A DNA stretch of 64,000 bases, taken from Prorocentrum cordatum. Lineage: Eukaryota. How positions within the stretch are numbered: the first letter of the stretch is position 1; the number at the start of each line of letters is the position of its first letter. Location of the stretch: assembly GCA_963575745.1 (NCBI GenBank), contig CAUYUJ010000292.1, positions 434,001 to 498,000 of the forward strand, in the 5' to 3' direction. The notes under the pieces are model-generated. The model searched no databases. It saw only the letters and a program-made list of their open reading frames with translations, and was not told where the DNA came from. Positions 27,144 through 38,810 of the stretch are shown here, piece by piece. The translations under genes and the position numbers were made by a program.

Positions 27144-28167
27144 CTGGCCCCCCTCCAGCCCCAGGCACGAAGAGATCGGATCGCAAATCCGTGTTGATTA
27201 GGGGCTATGTTGGTAATGTTTGGGCTCTCTTGGGAGCCTCTTGGAGCTCTCTTGGGGGCATGTTGAGGGGTTGGCTGGTGGGGCCCTCTTGGGGTATCAT
27301 TGGACCCTCTTGGGCCGTTGTGGGGCCACAGCGAATGCTGAAGACGATCGGGCCCGCAAGACGAGGCCGAGGCCTACAACCCAGTGGGGTAGGGCAGAGG
27401 CGCCTTTCATGTACCTACCCGTCGTCGGAAGAAGTGGGTAGAAACATGAAGTACGGTCAGACCTAGGACAGAAAAACATCCATCAAGAACATGAGACCCT
27501 CCGCCGGCCCAAACTGAAGAACATTGGAGGGCACCCTCCCCCATGATACACAATAACAACCAACAAACACGGAACACATCAGGGCACCCTCCCCGAACCG
27601 ACCTCGATCTTATACCTCGGTCCGACCGTATGTTGGGCTTCCGCACGCCCCCTGAAGAGGAGGGAAGAGGGAACACCCCCCGACTCTTGAAGCAGGAGGG
27701 TGGCTACAGTGGAAGGGGACATGGGCATCCGTAACTGCCTACCTTCAACGACCAGCGTGTATCCTGTCAGGTACGCTCGACCAGCATGCAATGCATCGGA
27801 AGCGTGCGGCCTCCGAGCCCCAAACACGTCGTGCTGTGGAGCCCCATCTGGGACCGTGGAGGTGGCGAGAAAAGGAGACAAAGACGAGACCGAGCAACGG
27901 CGGGCTCCACCTCCGCCGGCTTCGGAAGGGCTTTTCAGCTCAGTGCCCAAGCCGAGCCCAGATACTGGGCTGGCGCCTCCGGGAGCCTCCGGGCAGGAAC
28001 CCCTGAGGCCTGGGAGCCTCTGGAGACCTCCAGCGAGGACGGGGGAGAGGAGGAGGAAACGGAGGAGAAGTAGGAGGAAGAGAAGGAGGACGAGGAGGAG
28101 AAGACTCCTGGAGGGGGAAGGTGAAGGAGGAACAGGGTGGGAGCGCGACGGAGGGAGAAGCAGAGAA

Positions 28168-28202
<35 letters not shown>

Positions 28203-28759
28203 TACGCATTAAGAGAAAGAGAGAGAGAGAGAGAAAGAGAGTGAGTGAGAGAGGTAGAGAGTGTGCGAGAGAGAAAGAGAGCGAGAGAGAGGGAGAGGGA
28301 TATGCATGGAGAACCATACCGGGGGATCTCGGGAACTCGATGACGGCTCATCGTCAGCCCAACGTCGGAAGATAGGACGACGCCAAACCACTCCTCAAAT
28401 AAAAGAGGGACCGAGGAAGACGCAAGGGTGCCAAACTCCGCGCTTCGCGCTGCGCGGAGCGCGCAGAACTTCGCGCTCGCACGCCGCCCCACTGGGGAGA
28501 AGAGGAGGACGAGGAGGAACCGAAGCCGAACCGCGAAACACGAATCGCTTCGCGCCCTCGAGGGCGCCTCCGGAGGCAGGGAGGAGAGAGGGAGAGGAGG
28601 AACACATTTTTTTATTTCTGGGGTATAACGCATGTTACCTGGGGGGGAGGGGGCGTGGGGGGGGGGGGTAACGGTAACTGAGGCCGCGGCGCGTACCCCC
28701 CGAGGCGCGTTACCTCCGTCGTCGTCGTAGTCGTCGCCGCCGCCCATGCCCACAGCGCC

Positions 28760-30910
28760 CTATGCACACAGCGCGGGCTCTGTACAATGCTTTTGTGCAC
28801 CAGGGCTGCTACAGAAATCGCATGTGTGTGCATCGCGGCGACTGCGCATACCGTCACAACCGCGTGCACCACGACGCCTTTGTACATCGCGCGAGCTGCG
28901 CACGCCACGGCGCCCGCGTGCACCACAGCCGCTGCTTCAGCACCCCCTGTGCACAACAGCGCCTGCGCACACCGCAAAATTCGTGTACGCCTGAAGGCAA
29001 TATCGACGGGGCCAAGCTCCGGAAAATCGTCGGGGGCCCGAACACATCAAATTCAACATCTAACTTATTTGTGATTATTGATTTTTCTGGCCCTGGGTAC
29101 GGTCCCCCCATTTTTGGTCGACCATGTTTGTGTAAACCACAGCGCCTGTCTAGCGTGCGCCACGACGCCTTTGTACACCACAGCTGCTTGTGTACACCGC
29201 AGCGCCTGTCTAGACAACAAAGCCTGCGTACAGCACAATGCCTGCGTACGCGACAACACCCGTGTGCACCACAGCGCCTGTGTACACTGCGGTGCTTGTG
29301 CACACCACAGGAGCCGCGTGCACCACAACGCATGGCAAACATTTGCGCCACAGCGCTTCCGTGCACCTCCAAGGTCTCACCAGGGCCCAAATCTGGAAAA
29401 TCCGCCGACCCTGTCGGCGTGTGTGAGGGGCTTCTCCGTTCGACTCGTCGTCTCCGTCGTCTCCGTTCTCCCCCTCCCAGGGCTCTCCTCCTCAAGCGCG
29501 CTATCCAAAGCGAAATTAAACGACGTCGTAGTGGAGTCGAAGGGAAGCCCCTTCCCTTTGATCCCTTCCCCGCAGGGGGGGGGGGGCCGGGGCAGATACG
29601 ACGCCCGCCGGGGCGCACTTTCCTCGAGCGGGCACGCACGGGATGCACTTCCTCCTCCTCCTGGTCCTCCTCCTCCTCCTTTTCCTCCTCCTCCTCCTCC
29701 TGCTCCTCTCCTCCTTCTCCTCCTCCTCCTCCTCCTCCTCCCGCAGAGGCGTCCCGGGAGCGGGCCCCGAGTCAAAATACCACCCCCCTAGGGCGCATTT
29801 TCCTCGAGCGGGCACGCCCGAGATGCACTTCTTCCTCTTCCGGGAGCACGTCCCAAGTCAGAATATCACACTCCCGGGGCGCACTTTCTTCGAGCGGGCA
29901 CACAAAGGATGCACTTCCTCCTCCTCCTCCTCCTCCTCCTCTCTCCTCCTCCTCCTCCTCCTCCTTCTCCTCCTCCTCCTCCTCCTGCTCCTCCTCCTTC
30001 TCCTGCTCCTCCTCCTCCTCCTCATCCTCCGCTTCCTCCACCCACTCCTAGCCCTTTCGATCAGGGTCGGCGGCACCGGCCGTCAGGCCTCTCCAATCGC
30101 CAGGGGCCCGAACATATCTATTTGAACATGTAAATGATTCAAGATTATTGATTTTTCTGGCCCGGGGTACAATACCCCCGTTTTTGGCCGACCATCTTTG
30201 TGTACACCGCAGCGCCTGTCTAGCGTGCGCCACGACGCATTTGCACACCACAACTGCTTGTGTACACTGCAGCGCCTGTCTACACAACAATGCCTGTGTA
30301 CATCACAGTGCCTTTATACACCACAACACCCGTGTGCACCGCAGCGGCTGTGTACGCCACACACACTGCCTGAGAACACGACGACGCCTATGTGCACCAC
30401 TTTTGCTGCTTCACCACCATACTCGTGCACCACAGCTCCAGTGTACCAAAGTGATTGTGTACACCACAGAACTGCGTACACTTCCAGGGCCCACGGCAGG
30501 ACCGAACTCCAGAAAAGCTTGCGAAATCCGGAAGTATCAAATCCAATATGTAAGCTGTTTCTGATGATTGTGTTTGCGCAGGGAACGGTCGAGTCTTTTG
30601 GGCCCACAACGCCTGTGTACACAATAGCGACTGTGTGCACAGCACCGGATGTGTACACCGCAGCGCCTGTGTACACCACAAGGTGTGGTACACCGCAATG
30701 ACAATGCACCACAGTACTCTGGTACACCACCATGCCTGGAATGCCTGCGTGCATGATAACTGATGTTGCAGCAGCAGTTGTACACACCACAAAGCCTGTC
30801 TTTGTGCATCACGATGCCCGCGTGCCCCGCGCGACCGACGTGCACCGATGCTTGCGTGCACCACAACGCCTGCATACATAACAGATATTGCTGCAACAAC
30901 AGCAAATGCG
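28760..30910. repeat. Degenerate TGCAC/TGTACACCAC minisatellite in two related blocks
   Basis: 29035-29330 is colinear with 30105-30350. The blocks are separated by three GGGCGCA.TTT..TCGAGCGGGCAC units and CCT tracts. Confidence 0.85.
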
Positions 30911-32659
30911 CACACCAAATCGCCTCGCTGCCTGTTCACAACGCATTGCCTGTGAACGCGCTGCTCACGTGCACGTCCAGATGCCCATGGACGACGTCGG
31001 TCGTCGCCGGTCGTCGGTCGTCGGTGTCCTCGTCGTCGTCGTTCGTCGTCGTCTATCGTCATCTGTCGTCGTCTGTCGTCGTCTGTCGTCTGTCGTCTGT
31101 CGTCGTCTTCCCGTGCCACTCCAAGCCCCAACGTTTCGCCAACGTGCATCCAAACACCAGCATGCTGTGGCGAACATCGCGCCGTTGAACACAGCGTTCC
31201 CTGCAAACTCCCTGCGCCCCCCCACCCTGGACCTGCACAACCGGCTAGGTTTGGTTATCCTGGGCCGGGGGGAGGGGGGCGAGCCCGATAACCCGGGGTA
31301 TTGCCGGACGCTAAAAACAGTCTCCTGCGTGCACCATAGTGTACGCCCGCGTGCACAGCAGAACCTAGGCTGCCCGGGATCGCGCGCTGGATCGGGGCCG
31401 GGGTGTTACCGCTACCGGGGGAAGGGGGGAGTGGGGTAACAAGCGTTATCCCATGGGTGGACAACGAAAATGGTCTCGAGAGGAAGAGAGGGCGAATAGA
31501 GGAGGAGGAGGAGGAGGAGGAGGAGGAAGACAGGAAGGCGACCGCCTGAGGGCTGGGACGGCGACCTCCCGGCCCCCTCAGAACTCCGACTCTGTGCTCT
31601 TGCCGCAACGTGGGCCCCCAGAGATCTGGACCCCTTTTAAGACGAAACCAAGACAAGGATACATTCGGGTGAGGATTGAGGATGCATCGAGAACCTCTGA
31701 GATGCAGCGGCTCTGGAGGAAGTATCGGGCGCCGCGGCCTTCTCAGAGCGCTCCGGAACGCTCTGAGAGCGTTCTGGAACGCTCTGGAACGGGTTCATCC
31801 TCGTCCTAGCCCCCTCCTCCTCCTCCTCCTCCTCTTCTTCTTCTTCTTCTTATTATTATTATGATTATTATTATTCGTATTATTATTATTCTTACTATTA
31901 CTATTATTACTGTTACTAGTATTATTATTATTAGTATTATTATTATTACTATTATTATTATTATTATTCGTCTTCTTCTTCTTCGTCTTCTTCTTCTTCG
32001 TCCTCCTCCTCCTCCTCCTCCTCCCTCCTCCTCCTCCTCCTCCTCCTCCCCCTCCACCACCTCCTGGGCCGTTCTCCGACGGTCGCGGGGTCCCTCCCGA
32101 GGCCCTCGGAAACCGAATCCCTTTCTCGAGGCCACCAGCCGTGACTTCTGCACGGCGGCGGGGGGGCCGTGCCCTCTCGGGTGGCGTGATCAGATCGACC
32201 CCTGGCCCCGCCCAAAATGACTGCCCGCGTTGGGCATACGTTGGCAACACTCTGTCGCTAAATATGTATGTGTATATATATATATAGTTTTATCTGTGCA
32301 TGTCTATGTTTGTCGGTGCGCCGTTTGTTCCGACGCGTGGCCTTCCGTCTTGAAAGGGAGCCTTGGCCACCAGGGCAAACGCCGCCTCGGGCGCAGGGCT
32401 TGCCGTTTGTCTGCTGCGGGCTTGCCGTGGTGTCTGCGTCGTCCACTTGGGCGCGTCGAGAACAAACGGCGCGGCGACCTCTGGTGAGTCACGTAGACAC
32501 CTCAGAGCGCGGAGGGGGGGGGGAAGGGGCTTGCCACTCCACAGCAAAAACCTTGCCCCGACCTGTGCCCCCCGCGATCGCCGCGACGACCTCCAAAACC
32601 GACCTGGAGGCGCTGTTCCCAGACCCCCAATGTCGTGATTCGTTCATGACGTGACCCTC

Positions 32660-32930
32660 AAAAGTCTGGACCCCTATCCACGGACTGGTTTTTCATCCTG
32701 AATCGTTGTTTGACGGTACCGAGGCCTGGTGACGGCCCCCGGAGCACGAGAATTGCGGAACACCTCACGCCGTCATTTTTTTCACAGCGCACAGAGGCTC
32801 CAGAGGTCTGGACCACTTCCCCAGAGCTGATTTTTTCGTCCTGAATCATTTTTTGGCGCTCCTGAGGCCCCGCTAGGCCCCCCCCCAGAGGCCGAAAACG
32901 GCCAAAAACCGCCCGCTCCACGTTTGTTGG
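32660..32930 (+). repeat. Dispersed family (TTTTCATCCTGAATCGTT..GAGGCCGAAAA)
   Basis: Similar copies near 2690-2830, 5075-5240, 6055-6150, 34508-34650 and 62840-62980. Confidence 0.7.
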
Positions 32931-33010
32931 AACGTCGGATTTCTGGGTCGCAAACCGACCCAGAGGCGCTGCTCGTGGTCGGATCTCACGCAACGATCCC
33001 CCCCCCCTGC

Positions 33011-33065
33011 CCGGAGAAGAGCGACGGCTCCGAGGCGCGCAACATCGCCTCGACGCACGGCCGGC
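33011..33065 (-). CDS. Ankyrin-repeat protein, exon E (SRPCVEAMLRASEPSLFSG)
   Basis: Phase-1 join with exon D puts CVEAML at the ankyrin helix-2 position. GG|GCAG donor. Confidence 0.75.
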
Positions 33066-33120
33066 CTCGGCTCCCAGGGCGCCGGCCACCGCCGCCGCCG
33101 ACGGAGCTGGTCGCCGTCGA

Positions 33121-33152
<32 letters not shown>

Positions 33153-33203
33153 CCGCTGCCGCCGTCGCCGTCCCGAATGTCGCGGCGGCGGTCGGCGGCG
33201 GTT

Positions 33204-33269
<66 letters not shown>

Positions 33270-33872
33270 TTCGCCCCCAGATATCCGACGATATGATTTT
33301 GCTGTGTCAATGCCAGCGGCCTGCCTCGGCTTCGACCTGCGGGGACCGCTGTCGGACCCCATGGCCGGCAACCGCGGAGCCGGGACGAGAGACTACTTCC
33401 CGCGGGCCGCGTCAGGCCTGCCGAAGTGGGGACGGGGCGGGCCTCGTCAGACGGCTCGAAGCCTCCTGGCTTTCGGACAGGTTTCCGGAGCCTTCCCCGA
33501 AGACGCAGGCACCTGCTCGGGCGGCCAGGGGGCTTCCGAGAAGCCCCGCCGCCCTCTGAGCAGGCCTCCTCCGTCTCACTTCCCCCCCCCCCGCTCGCCG
33601 CCGAGGAGCACTGAGTCGCAGGCACCTTCTCAGGCGGCCAGGGGGCTTCCGAGAAGCCCCGCCGCCCTCTGAGCAGGCCTCCTCCGTCTCACTTCCCCCC
33701 CCCTCGCCCGCCGCCGAGGAGCACGTGCCGCATCGCGGAAGACCGCGACCAGAGCCCCCCCGGGCCGCATCCTTCTGCGGCAGGCTGCGAGCCCGAGCGG
33801 CCTGTGAGGGAACCCGGGGCCCCAAGGCGTCGGGCGCGCCGTGGGTCGGCGGCGGCCGCGTCGTCGGCGCCG

Positions 33873-34010
33873 TGGGCAACGCCCAGTGTGATTTTAGCAA
33901 TAACAGGACCCCTAACCCGTGGGGAGGGGACCTAAGTCAGGAGGCGCCCTGGGCAACGCCCAGTGTGATTTCAGCAATAACAGGACCCCTAACCCGTGGG
34001 GAGGGGACCT
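33873..34010. repeat. About 60-bp direct repeat, two copies
   Basis: GGGCAACGCCCAGTGTGATTT.AGCAATAACAGGACCCCTAACCCGTGGGGAGGGGACCT twice. Confidence 0.9.
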
Positions 34011-34980
34011 GAGGTAGGAGGGCCAGAAACATGAGGCATGGGGGGCCTTTCTGCAGCTGCAGCGGGCCAGACTGCCCGGATCTATGATGTCCTGAAGGCA
34101 AGGTTAGGGGCCCACGTGAGGCCACGTCTTCACTGCGTTGTTAGGGTTTGGGGTTCTTGTACTCTCGATGATAAGGGGAAGGGGGCGCGATACCTAGGGG
34201 GAAGACAGATGCCCTTTTCGGGCCTTGAGGGCCCCCTTTTGGACCCGAAGGGGCCCCTCTTCTGCAGCCCTCGCTCGCTGCCCTCCCGCTTACCGCGCCC
34301 TCACCACGCGTCGGTCGAAAGACATAGGCAAAAACGTGACGTGGAAAAGTGGATCAATTAACTTGGGCTCGGGCCCGCCCAGATCATCACAGAACGCACA
34401 TCAAAAGCAGGCCGACTCTTGAAACAAGAAGGCGCTAGAAATAGATTGGGATCTGGGAGTCCAAGCCCAGATCCCCGACGTCGTGATTCTTCCATTACGT
34501 GACCCCTAGAAGTCTGGACCCCTTGGAAGGGACCGGCTCTTCATACTGAGTGGCTCGTTCACGCTCCCAAGTCCTGGTGAAGGCCTCCAGAGGCCAAAAA
34601 CGGCGAAAGACCTCCCGTCGTGACTGTTCCACGACCCGAGGGAGTCTGGAAAAATACCTACTGTCAACGACCGACGGGTACGCGACGCCCAAGGGCCGGC
34701 GTCGGCGGCGGCAGGCAGGTCGTTGTCGGCGGCGGCAGGTCGAGCTGCATAGTGTGAACCTCCTCCTCCACATGACAGGGCGCGGAAGCTGAACCGCCCC
34801 CAGCGAGAGTTTCACACTGCGCTGCGCTTGCACGAGCGAAACAGCAACCGATGCGCCTGGAGACGGTATCAGGGGTAGGTCGAGGCTCCGCCTCCTCCTC
34901 CTCCTCCTCCTCCTCCTCCTCCTCCTCCTCCCCCTCCCTCTTTTCCACACCATCATGCTCCTCTCGGCTATGGAGCAGGC

Positions 34981-35068
34981 TGCGCGAGTCGATGGCGTAG
35001 TGCAAGGCGAAGTTCCCCAGGTCGTCACGGAGGCCCGGGTCTGCCCGTCGATGCATCAAGCTGTCCAC
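34981..35068 (-). CDS. Ankyrin-repeat protein, exon D (VDSLMHRRADPGLRDDLGNFALHYAIDSR)
   Basis: cccAG|GTG acceptor and A|GC donor. Classic ankyrin ADP..RD..G..ALHYA. Confidence 0.85.
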
Positions 35069-35589
35069 CTGGGGTTCTGCGTTCGCGCTCGACGGCGTGC
35101 TGCTTAAGGCATAAAGGGGTACGATCACCACAAGGAGCAAGCACTTAGGGCAGGCTTAGGTCGGGTATGTCCTCCTACAGAGGCGGATGCGGAAGCAACA
35201 GAGACAAATAGTCGACACACATTCGATCATTGTCAGAAGTACTAGAACAATCTTCCCCGGACTATGTAAGACCATGTTTGAATCTTCCTCCTGAAGAAGG
35301 ACGCGCGCGACTTAGAAGCAGGCACTGAAGGCCAGATGGAGCTGCCGCATCCCGGTAGGTTCAGGCGCAGCATCCGCAGCGGGGGGGAGGCGCAAGGGAA
35401 GCTGCTGGGCCCACGAGCCCCTCCCAGGGCGCAGTCTGGCAGAGGGGGGGGTCCTCCTCCTCCTCCTCCACCTGCTCCTCCTCGTCGTCCTCCTCCTCCT
35501 CCTCATCCTCGTTATCATCCTCCTCCGCGTCATCATCCTCATCCACATTCTCCTCCTCCTCCTCCTCCTCCTGCTCCTCCTCCTGCTCC

Positions 35590-35675
<86 letters not shown>

Positions 35676-35849
35676 GTCATCACCATCCCAATCCCCATCC
35701 CCATCCTCATCATCCTCATCATCCCTCTCATCCTCACCCTCATCCTCCTCATCATCGTCATCAACAATATCATCATCATCAACATGTTGTTGTGGTTATT
35801 GGTATGGTTGAATACTCATGTCTAAAGAATAAGTATTGCTGATCTCTGG

Positions 35850-37430
35850 AAACGCTTCTGCGTGCTCTCGCCTCGACGCCGGCAACATTTTCTCTGAAAA
35901 CGAAGCTCCCACGCGAGCGTTGGCTTGAGTGTAAAAGTGTGCCCTTGGAGGCCTGGCTACGACAACAACGGCTCCCGTTCGATACTTCCTCACAGTTTAC
36001 CCCGGGACATTCTGGCCAGAGAGACCCCCGAACTCAGGAACGGCGCTCTCGCTCGAGACCTCCTCGCAATTCAATCCACTTAGCGGAGGCCCAGCCACGA
36101 CGACAAGGGCCTCTGCTTGATACTTCCGCACGATGTACTCCAAGAGCCCCTGGCCAGGAAGGCCCCCGAACTCAGGAACGGCGCTCTCGCTCGAGACGTC
36201 CTCGTGATTCAGTCAAATCGGTGAAGGCCCAACTACGACGACAAGGGCCCTCGTTCGATACTTCCTCAGGCTCTCGTTCGATAATTCCTCACGATGTATT
36301 CGCAGAGGCCCTTGCCAGAGAGGCCCCCGAACTCAAGAGAGGCGCTCTCGCTCGAGATCTTTTCGCAATTCAGACAAGTTGGAAGGGGCCTAGACACGGC
36401 GACAAGGGTTCCCGTTTGATATTTCTCAATATGGATTCCGAAAGCCCGTGGCCTGGCCAGAGAGGCCCCCGAACTCAGGAACGGCACTCTCGCTCGAGAG
36501 TTCCTCGCACTGCAAGTCAGTGGCCGACAAAGAAGATATTCCCCCCGAAAGGGGGTGCGGTCGAAGATGAGGTGGGCGGGTATCGAAGGTTGGGGTATAC
36601 AGAATGCAGAACACGCGTGCCAATAAGAGCGTTGCTGGTGCTGTTATTCTTGTTGGTGGTTCAGTACTGAAGAATAATATTGTTGTTCCCCCCTCATGTA
36701 ACATACATGTTGCTTCAATTGAAGTGCCCCTCCCGGGGTTCGCACCCTGCTTTCTAGCAGGGGATATATTCTTGCTCAAACTGCGCCCCTGGCCCCCAGA
36801 CTACAACAACAACAGTTCCCGCCAGATACCCCCTCGCAATTTACTACGGATTCGCGCTCTCGCTAGAAACTTCCTGGCAACTTATGCAGGAATCGCGCTC
36901 TCGCCTGACTTCCTCGCAACTCATGCAGGCGCCACGCCCTCGCTATTCAGGAGTCGCGCTCTCGCCTGGAACGTTCTCGGAATTTACTTAGGCATCGTGC
37001 TCTCGCCCGAAACTTCCTGGCGAATTATGCAGGACTCACGCACTCGCGTAACATACATGCTTTCTTAATCGAAGTGCCCCTCCCGGGGCTCACAGAGTTT
37101 CTACGTGGGGAAATCTTCCTGCTCAAACTGTGCCCCTGGCCCCCGGCTTACAACACCAACAATGACGGCTCCCGCCGGATAGCTCCTTACAGTTTATTGA
37201 AGAATGGCGATCTCGCTGGAGACTTCTTTGCAATTGATCGAAGGATCGTGCTTTCTGCCCTTGTCTGATACGTCCTCGCAGTTTATTCAGGCGTCACGCT
37301 TTCAATGCTGAGAAATCGCGAGGAAGCTATTGATTCAGGCGCCGCGCCCTCGACAATCAGGACTCACGATTTCGCTCTGGATTTCCTCACGAGATTTATT
37401 TTGGAATCGCGCTGTCGTTCAAGGATTCAT
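35850..37430. repeat. Degenerate tandem repeats (CCCCGAACTCAGGAACGGCGCTCTCGCTCGAGA)
   Basis: Units near 36012, 36151, 36312 and 36453. A second duplication starts at 36721 and 37071. Confidence 0.8.
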
Positions 37431-37629
37431 GCAGGACGCACGCTTCAGCAATACGCCTGCTCGGCCTGGCCGCCTGGGCCCGCCTGTTAAGGTCTACCCG
37501 CCCGATGTGCCCGTCTGGTTCTGCCGCGTGGCTTCCGCTCCCAGCACCCCTCCTGCTCTCTCCTCATCATGCTCGTGGAAGGCATTCTCGATAAGGAGGT
37601 CGCGGGAGCAAGCGCGCCGTCGCAGGCAC

Positions 37630-38210
37630 GCCGCAGGGCCATCGTCGTTGTCAGCGCTGCAGTAGCTGGTATGATAATCTCCAACGCTATCACCATGCAG
37701 CTCGCCAAGTGCAGGGTTCACTCCAATTTAGGCGCTCGCGCCCCCGAATACAAGCGCGGGCGGCCATCGTGAAAATGAAAGCTCTAAGTGATCCCACCAC
37801 TCTTCATATTTCAAAGTCTCGTGCTTTTGGTGCGGAGCGTGGATAACGTAGACAAGCTCGCCCACCCCAAAGGTCACAATGCGTGCCACCAAGACGCGCG
37901 GGTCCTGATGCAAGCGTCTGACGTCGCTCTTCTTGAAGTACTTGTCCCCAGACGGCCCAGAACCATATGGGAGCTCCATGTTCACCACGAGTGCAGCGCC
38001 AAGAACGTGACCTCGCCCAGAACTCAAGGTATAGAAGCCGTCGCGGAGCGTAGGTTCATCAGGAGAAGGAGCCTCTTGGCAGCCCACCATATGCAAATCT
38101 GCTTCCGGAAGTTGTAGTCGAAGATACTGGCCACGAACCCGTTCACTTGAAGACGGTACTTCACCTAAGTTGGCCTTCTGTGCGTTGTAGGTGGCCAGTC
38201 TCATAAAACG
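37630..38210 (-). pseudogene. Apurinic-like (APE/EEP) endonuclease remnant
   Basis: RLATYNA, VGCQE, IHAPH, EWWDHL, decayed GDxNA (FGGASA*IG), DNDDG. Confidence 0.85.
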
Positions 38211-38384
38211 ATTAGATTGAGTCTGGCTTCTTCTCTCCGTGGGAGGTATCGTATAAAGTGCATTTTGGAGCAGCTCCATCTTGACACCCTGGGTCTCGAT
38301 GCGGCGTCCAAGCCCGCCACTTGGACGGCCTCAGAGCCTCCGCTGCAAGCGGGGGCAGCGCTGGGGGGGCCTCTTGCTTCGCGT

Positions 38385-38810
38385 GCTTGGCGAACACGTC
38401 GGACATCTCCGTCCAAGGGTGGCCCTCGCGCCCTGCTGCGCGACAGAGGCGAAGCGGGCGCGCCCGAGAGACCGCCTCGTAGACGCGCGCGGCCTGGACC
38501 GCGAAAAGGCTCCGTCTGAGCGCACCCTGACGAAGGCCGCCCCAGAGCTGGCTGACAGTCGCAGATGACCTCAACCACAACCTGGGGCGGAACCTGCAAG
38601 GCATGCGCCATAGCCCATAGCACCCCCGCCGTCTCCGTCGTCACGCTGTCGATCATATCCTCCTCAACCTCCTGGGCAACGCTGACTCTGGTGCGTCCAC
38701 TGAAGAAGCCCTCGAAATTGAAGTCACCCCCGTTGGGGTGAACTGCTGCGCAGGCCCATGCCGACAGAAGACGGTCGTTTGGCCAGAACGAACCATTATT
38801 AACATATAGA
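38385..38810 (-). pseudogene. RNase H domain remnant
   Basis: LYVNNGS (decayed DGS), SAWA, FEGFFSG, TETAGVLWA, ICDCQPAL, then after a frameshift GREGHPWTEMSDVFAK. Confidence 0.75.

Noticed and set aside
34664..34960. Extension of the ankyrin exon D ORF
   Set aside because: It runs into a GGA tract. The GC donor at 34980 gives a much better ankyrin join to exon E.
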